A stretch of 64,000 nucleotides of DNA from Azolla caroliniana (taxonomy: Eukaryota > Plantae > Polypodiophyta), in the NCBI GenBank assembly GCA_043228905.1, contig JBHGNT010000002.1, positions 2,170,001-2,234,000 of the forward strand, written 5' to 3'. The notes beneath the pieces are model-generated. The model did no database searches and was not told where the DNA came from. It saw only the letters and a list, made by a program, of their open reading frames with translations. Of this stretch, positions 57,380 to 64,000 are shown one piece after another (within the stretch, counting starts at the first letter, position 1; each line of letters starts with the position of its first letter). Made by a program: the position numbers and the translations under genes.

Positions 57380-58211
57380 CAAGGTTGTTAGGTACGTTAG
57401 ATACAGTATGGATACCATACGTATACAACGTATTAATACGCGTATAATACCCCCTAATTTAAAAACACGTTAAATACATTTTTTAATATGTTAAATGCTT
57501 ATAAAATACGTAAAATACGTAAAATACTTCTAGAATTTGAAAATTATTTACCTTTCTAAAAAATATTTGTAATATTGTAAAAAGCATCTATGTTTACACA
57601 ATTTTGTGAAGTACATTATAGTTCTACATCCTAAAATGCATATAAGACATTTGAACATTTCACATCCTAAAATACTTATAATATGGATGTCGACATTCAC
57701 TTATTCTATAAATCTGTGTAAATGTGTATCACGATGTTCTATTTCAAATTGTAATTATTTACAATTATGCCTTCATAGATTGAGGAATCGTCTACGATTA
57801 TCACACTCATGATAAATTTCTGTTTTCTTTTCTCTCTTCTTCATCTTTATCTTCAATCTTTTGTGATTATCACAGTCAAAGTCAGGATAGGTTTCTGTCT
57901 TCTTTTCTCTGTTTTTCTTTTTCTTTTTCTTCTTCTTCTTCTTCGTCGTTGTCATCATGTCTTCTGTTCTTCTTTCTTCCTTCTTTTTGCTTCTTTTTCA
58001 CTATTTTTTTTCTTTTTCTTTTTGTTGGGGTTTTACTTACATTTTTTTATAAATACATATTATACCTGGTTTTTCAAATGTACGTTAAATATCGTATTGG
58101 AAAAATGTACATGATATTTGACTGAACAACATTGAGGTATAGTACGTACTATACAAATTATGAGGTACTATATGTATTTAAACGTTAAATACGGGTACGT
58201 AAACAACCATG
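57380..58211. mobile_element. Non-autonomous hAT element inserted in the copia gag
   Basis: 8-bp TSD cctgggag/cctaggag, TIR CA(A/T)GGTTGTT, TACGT-rich subterminal repeats. Confidence 0.75.
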
Positions 58212-59330
58212 CCTAGGAGGTAATGCATATGAAGACGACAACATACATTAGGTGTTTTATAGGTCTACATGAGTCTATACAACAACATTAATGAAGAGAC
58301 CAAGGCAAATGTCTTGTGGAAGAAGATCAATGTCATGTTCGAGAACAAAAACGCCATTAACAGAGTATCAGACTTTCAGAAGATCGTGAGATTGAGGTAT
58401 CAGGATGGCTCCAACATGGCAGAGCATTTGAACGCCTTTCAAGGATTGATAAATCAGACCACCTTTCTAGAAGTACCTCTTGCCGACGAGGTATTAGCAC
58501 TGTTGATGCTGGGATTCTTGCCGGATAGCTGGGAAATTCTCGTTGTCACATTTGGCAACACCAGATCGGAAGGGAAGCATTTATCCATGGAGATGGTGAA
58601 GTCAAGATTGCTGAATGAGGAAGCTCACCGGAAGGATAGAGAGTCCATAACTGACCCGAAGGCCTTAGTCATAGAAGGTGACATGAACGGGGGGAGAGGA
58701 ATCAAGAGTGAAGGGGGAGTTTGTTAGGAATATGCTCCTCTTGTGGGAGGAGCCGACACTCAAAGACAAGGAGGAGCCGACTGGTCGGACTGAGGGCCGA
58801 CAATCGATGTTATGGAGAGTTAACTGAGAGAGAGTTGACATGAAGAGTCAACATCGGATGATCCTAGTTGAAGACACGACCGACTAGTCAGGCTGTCTGG
58901 ACAGTCGACACAGGAGTCGACTAGTCAACCAGTTGGTTGATTAACTGTTACTGTTATAAGTATATCAATAGGAAGATAGTAGTAGAGGCTACATTTGTAA
59001 ATAGCCTATACTGTGTATAAGTATAAATACACCTAGGGAAATATTTGTGTGAAAGCATAATAGAATAGAAAGAATTGCATAACGAAGTGTTGTGTAGAGA
59101 GAGTTACAAAGCGAAGAGTGAGTGCGTGACAAAGAGAGCTGCGCCATAGCTGTGTGAGCTCAGACGCCAAGAACCCTGCATGGCTGATACACTTTATATA
59201 GAGAGAGTGTTGTATACTATCTCCTTTGTATTCTCCAGTGTATAGTGGATCTCTGTTCCCGTGGTTTTCCCCGTTTAGGGTTCCACATAAAATTGTGTAT
59301 TCTGTGCATTTTTTTATTGTTTCTACGTTA

Positions 59331-60189
59331 TGTTGCGGTATTCCACGGGTACGTGTAGGAACGGAGTGGAACCACTGGGGTCTCGGACCAAGGAGCTAGT
59401 GAGGGAAGAAGGTTGTCTAGATCGGGTTCCAGATATCTTCGCCGGATCAGTGTCCTAATGACTTTGCCTAGTAACGCGTCTTTAAGAACCAACCTCCAGA
59501 TGTCGGGAACTAAGCACACGGGCTTAGGGATGTATATAGTTCCAGACTTGTTACTGGAAGCAGCAATGAGCTCACAGGCTCACACTCTCGGGAACGCACA
59601 AGCAAACGAAAGGGGACAGAGATAAGGTCGCGGGCAGAGACAGGAAAGACAGAAAATCGGAAATAAAGAGGTATTTATTAATCATAAATAGGTGAACTAC
59701 AACCGAACTGAGCCGACAACAGAGCTTCGAGCTCTCAATACTCACACACACAGACAATAGCGAGCCTCCGATTGGGAGCACATGGGCTACCAGCGCAAAA
59801 CGGAGGCCTCATAGCACGACGACCAAAACGGAGATTAGGAAGACAGAAATCTACAGAGCTCGGTCCAGCAACACTCCGTCCTCCAAAATTGTGGATCCTC
59901 TCCTCACTCTCCTCTCCCTCCGTTTATAGCTTAGGAGAGGGAGGCCGTTACATCAGGCTATCAAGACAACCGCTTTCTGCCCTCGATTCTCTCACATCAT
60001 ATCTTCTCATTCCTCTCTTTCTGTGGGACTTTAAAGTACCCATCAAAATAATACACTCTAGTACTTATTATTCCTATGTTATTTAATACACACTTTTGTA
60101 CATAAAAACAAATTTCTGTGCATCCGCGCACACCCCCGTTCACTCGCATCTGACGAATTTTCTCCTTGTAGCCGGAATTCCCCACGACA
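59331..60189 (-). mobile_element. Solo LTR nested in a copia LTR
   Basis: Minus-strand ends TGTCGTG...GCAACA, flanking duplication ACGTTA on both sides, minus-strand TATAAA at ~59925. Confidence 0.7.
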
Positions 60190-60250
60190 ACGTTATTGTG
60201 TATTGCACAACTGGTCTTCCTCAGAATCTTAGGTGATTGATTCCCAACAA

Positions 60251-60848
60251 GACAGACTAGTCGGGCCGACCGGATGGTCCACAACAAGGCCGACTAGTCG
60301 TGCCGATTGGACAATTGACAAAGGAGTTGGCTAGTCAGATCAACTAGTCGATAAGTTGGCTGATTAGAGACTGTTACTATTATTATTAGATAATAATAAT
60401 AGTTACAAACATATTTGTAAATAGCCCATACTATGTTGAGGTATAAATACCTCTAGGGAAAAAACTAGTGTGATGAGTGTAGAACAATAGATGCAGAATA
60501 GAGTTTCAGTAGTGTAGTAATAGAGAGCGAGAGAGAAAGAAGAGAGACGAGTGAGAGCGTGAGAGCGTGAGCGGCACCATACCTCTGTGTGTAACAATAA
60601 ACACCAAGACCCATGTGTGGCTAGTACACCTTGTATGAGAGTGTCGTAATGTATTTATCCTTCTCTGTATATTCTCTGATATAGTGGATCGTTGTTCTCG
60701 TGGTTTTTTTCCCATTTAGGGTTTCCACGTAAAACCTCTGTAGTGTGCCTATCATGTCTATTTCTTGTTTTCTATTTCTGTGTTGTGTATTTTTGCATAT
60801 CTTTCAGAGATATTTTCGATCCCATCTCATCAATCTCGGCTCCTAATC
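60251..60848 (+). mobile_element. Partial LTR of the same copia family
   Basis: Shares gactagtc subrepeats, catatttgtaaatagcccatac..gtataaatac and gtggttttttccc..agggtttccacgt blocks with the LTRs at ~56675 and ~58722. Confidence 0.65.
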
Positions 60849-62911
60849 ACTTCTTGTCAATGAGGTCCCACAAGCGATACCCGAATTCGTCTTCGCCGTA
60901 GCTGAGAAATAGGCACGAACGGCCCTTGGGATCAAGTTCCCCTTTATGGTCCTTAGCTACATGCACATAGGTTAGGTGGCCGAACCCCCTCAGATGCCGG
61001 CATGACATCTCTTTGCCGGACCATACCCTTTGTGGTATGTTACCTTCCAGTGCTACTGAGGGAGACCTGTTTATTATGTAAACGGTTGTCATCAATGCCG
61101 TGGCCTAGAATATCTTCGGCAATTTTGCATGTGCTAACATACTTCGAACTCTTTCCATGATAGTCTGGTTCATTCTCTCGGCTAGCCTGTTTAACTCTGG
61201 CGTCTTTGGCACATTGTATTCTAGTCGTTCAACTTTGGCGTCCGGATTCCTTTCGACTCTAACCTGGAACTCTTTGAAGACTGACAACACCTGGTTCTTT
61301 GTCTTCATTGTGGAAACCGACAATTTCCAGCTATAGTCATCTATGAAGGTCACAAAATATTGTGCACCATGTAACTTTGCATCAACTTGGCATACATCCG
61401 TACGCACAAGTTCCAAAGCATTCTTCCTTCTCATCGGAGGACTAGGAAGAAAGGCAACCATGTTTTGTTTTCGGCCCAATCAGTCGGCACATTTATCCAG
61501 ATGCACTTTCTTTAACTCCAATAGGAGTTCTTTTTTGGCTAGCATTTGCATACCCTTTTGACTCATGTGGCATAGCCTCTTATGCCACAACTCACCTGTT
61601 GTGCCGGCTGCCACATTTACTTCCTTCTGGCATACTTGACCATGCGTCAAATACAATGTGTTTGTCATCCGGGCTCGGGCCACGATAAGGTTTCCCTGTA
61701 GAACTTTAGAGTGCCTTTCTGGATGCTACCCGTGTAACCTTCGTCTTCTAGGTGACCGACTGATATCAGGTTCAATCTGACCTCCAGAACGTGTCGCACA
61801 TCTTTCAACACAAGTCTGCATCCGGTTGAAGTTAACAAGCACACATCTCCAATGACAACAACTCGACATGATCCTTCATTTCCCATCTTCACAAGACCGT
61901 GGTCTCTAGCTGTGTATGATGAGAAGCATTTCTCGTCGGGGGTCAAGTGCAATGACACTTCGGAGTCGACCACCGACATCATTTTGTCACTAACAAGGTG
62001 CACTTCATTCTGCTCACTAATCAACAACATTTCTTCCTCGCTGTCATGATAGCTGAGGTGCCTTTCCTCTTTGGAATTTTATTCAACTTTGCACCATCAA
62101 CTCCCCCTTTCTCTTTCCTGAAGTGTCGACAATTGTTTTGGAAGTGCCCCGACTTCCCACAATAGAAGCATGTGGGCCTTCCTCTCGACTTTGACCTCGT
62201 CCCTAACTTATCCCAAGTATGGGGACTTCTATTTCGGCCACTCCCCTAGTTCATGTCACCTTCTGTGACTAAGGCCTTCGGGTTGGTAATGGGCTCTCTA
62301 TCCTTCTGGCGAGCTTCCTCGTTCAACAAGCTCAACTTCATCATCTCTAGGGATAGGTGTTTCCTTTTCGGTCCGACGTTGTGCAATGTGACAACTAGCA
62401 TTTCCCAACTGTCCGGAAGGAATCCCAGCAACAACAACGCTAATACCTCGTCGGCAAGAGGTACTTCTAGAGAGGTGGTCTGATTGATAAGTGCTTGGAA
62501 GACGTTCAGATGCTCTGCCATGCTGATATGTCATTCTTACGATATTCTAGAAGACTGATACTTTGTTGAAGACATTCTTGTTCTCAAACATTATGCCGAT
62601 CTTCTTCTAGAGGACATTTGTCTTTGTCTCTTCATTAAAGTTGTTATATAGACACATGTCTATAAAACACCTTATGTAAGCCATTCAAATGCATAACCTC
62701 CTAGGTTGATGCATTGATCTTGTTTGGCCTTTTATCTCCGAACTGCACTAGCAACCAAAGATCTCTACACACCATGTCCCTCATCTTCGACTTCCACACT
62801 GAATAGTTGGATCCGGTTAACTTGAACATTCCTCCGAGATGTTTGTCCATCGCTCTGATACCAGTTTGTTGAAGATACCAGCGGCCACAACTGGTTGATA
62901 TACATGCTTAC
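60849..62911 (-). mobile_element. Decayed Ty1/copia gag-PR-integrase (Tto1/Tork-like), same family as the plus-strand copy
   Basis: PBS-Met at 62863-62852, MDKHLGGMFKLTGSNYSVWKSKM, LWHKRLCHMS, YFVTFIDDYS, LAERMNQTIMERVRSML, GYRLWDLIDKK. Frameshifted. Confidence 0.85.
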
Positions 62912-63350
62912 TGTTAGGAACAATACTAAGATAGAGAAGGAATTAGTACTAAAAGATGAGGATTAGTACTAAAAGAGGTTTAGAACTCTCGAGAGGAGGA
63001 AAGAGTGAGAGAGAGATATATATTGAGAGAGAGAGAGAGAGAGAGAGAATGATGATAACAAAAGGTATGCATTATGTGAAGAGAATATACAACAGTAGCT
63101 AGGAGGCTTAAGACTGACATTGAACCGATTTGGTTCTTGATAATGCCATATGCCTCTTTTTATAGTGGCTTTAGGAATACTCTTGACATTTCTAGAATGT
63201 TCTAGAGAAATCTAAAATATACATGGATATCCTAAGTGAAATAATGAATGGAAGTAATATTTTTTGTATTATAACTTATAGCTTAATGGTAAGGCTTTTG
63301 CTCATGTGCCACAATGTCATGGGTTCAAATCCTTTTGAAGCCATACATGC
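62912..63350 (-). mobile_element. Older LTR related to the chromovirus LTR
   Basis: Collinear with 50684-51208 (gaattagtactaaaag, GA tract, ttgaaccgatttggttc, ttttatagtg, ttctagaatgtt), with a single copy of the unit that is duplicated in the young LTR. The right end is uncertain. Confidence 0.75.
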
Positions 63351-63354
63351 TATT

Positions 63355-63710
63355 GTTAGGATCTCGGTCCCTCCAAATGGGATATGAAGGCACGACATCG
63401 GAAGACCTGGTGAGAATTGGATGTGGAGTACCCGACAACGGAAGACCCGATGAGAACCGGATGTGGAGTACCTAGAACCAGATGATGCAGACCCGGTGAG
63501 AACCGGATGACGAGTACCTGGCAAGGAAGACCCGGTGAGAACCGGATGTTGCAGGCCCGGTGAGAACCTATCATCGAATGAAGGGACATATATGTAGATA
63601 TGTTTCTGAGAGCCCATTGGGGCATTAATATAAATGTGACCTAGGGCAAACAATGTATTGAATATAATTGATGTTATTATCTTTTTATAGTGTAATTGGT
63701 GTAACGACTG

Positions 63711-63758
<48 letters not shown>

Positions 63759-64000
63759 CAGAGCATGTCTCTGTTGTAACCGCCACCAGGCGAAGATTGT
63801 GAGCAAGAGGTCGTTGCCTCTATGCTCCCTGTTGTACTCCTTGACATAGTGATACTTTGGTGTCTGCGGACACCCGTGGTTTTTTTCCCTCTCAGGGTTT
63901 TCCACATTAACATCCTGTGTATTCTCTTTCTGTTTGTGTACTTACCTCCATTCCCATTTCTTCTGTGTTTGATTGTCATCAAGTGATCTACGATTCGGTT
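63355..64000 (+). mobile_element. Copia-type LTR with ~35-bp U3 tandem repeats, running off the window end
   Basis: Starts tgttagg, has repeats gacccggtgagaaccggatg, a TATAAAT, a (GA)n tract and the cccgtggtttttttccctctcagggtttt block shared with the other copia LTRs. Confidence 0.65.

Larger units (their letters stand above)
56675..60250 (+). mobile_element. Internally deleted Ty1/copia element (Tto1/Tork-like gag only) carrying nested insertions
   Basis: LTR ~56675-57205, PBS-Met TGGTATCAGAGC at 57209-57220, gag MDEHLGGMFKLTGSKYSVWKSKM.../...LPDSWE. It jumps straight to PPT GAAGGGGGAG and an LTR at ~58722-60250. The two LTRs are divergent and the ends are approximate. Confidence 0.65.

Overview
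This is plant nuclear DNA. The TE lineages suggest a non-seed land plant such as a fern or bryophyte, but that is inference. The left ~39 kb holds four intron-containing genes that I could splice by hand into intact frames: 20S proteasome alpha-5 (PAE, minus), a signal-peptide/coiled-coil/TM protein of the At4g31340-like family (minus), a Rab5-interacting/OPTI-family membrane protein (plus) and an RPT2/NCH1-clade NPH3-BTB protein (minus). Between them lie MITEs, LINE relics, a solo LTR and a short 196-bp-LTR non-autonomous retroelement. The right ~25 kb is a nested transposon pile: Ty1/copia relics, a hAT relic, tRNA-Trp-primed Ty3/gypsy relics, solo LTRs, and a very young full-length Tcn1-like chromovirus (50684-56588). 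The most notable signals are: (1) a tRNA-gene-like A-box/B-box module with invariant spacing but mostly unrelated spacer sequence, antisense in the 5' part of LTRs from several Ty3/gypsy families; (2) a Tf1-type self-priming site instead of a tRNA PBS in the chromovirus; (3) a G-UUA-AAC -1 frameshift signal with an 11-bp stem at its gag/pol junction; (4) one CGA>TGA stop as the only visible lesion in that element. All calls were made by eye and no database searches were run.
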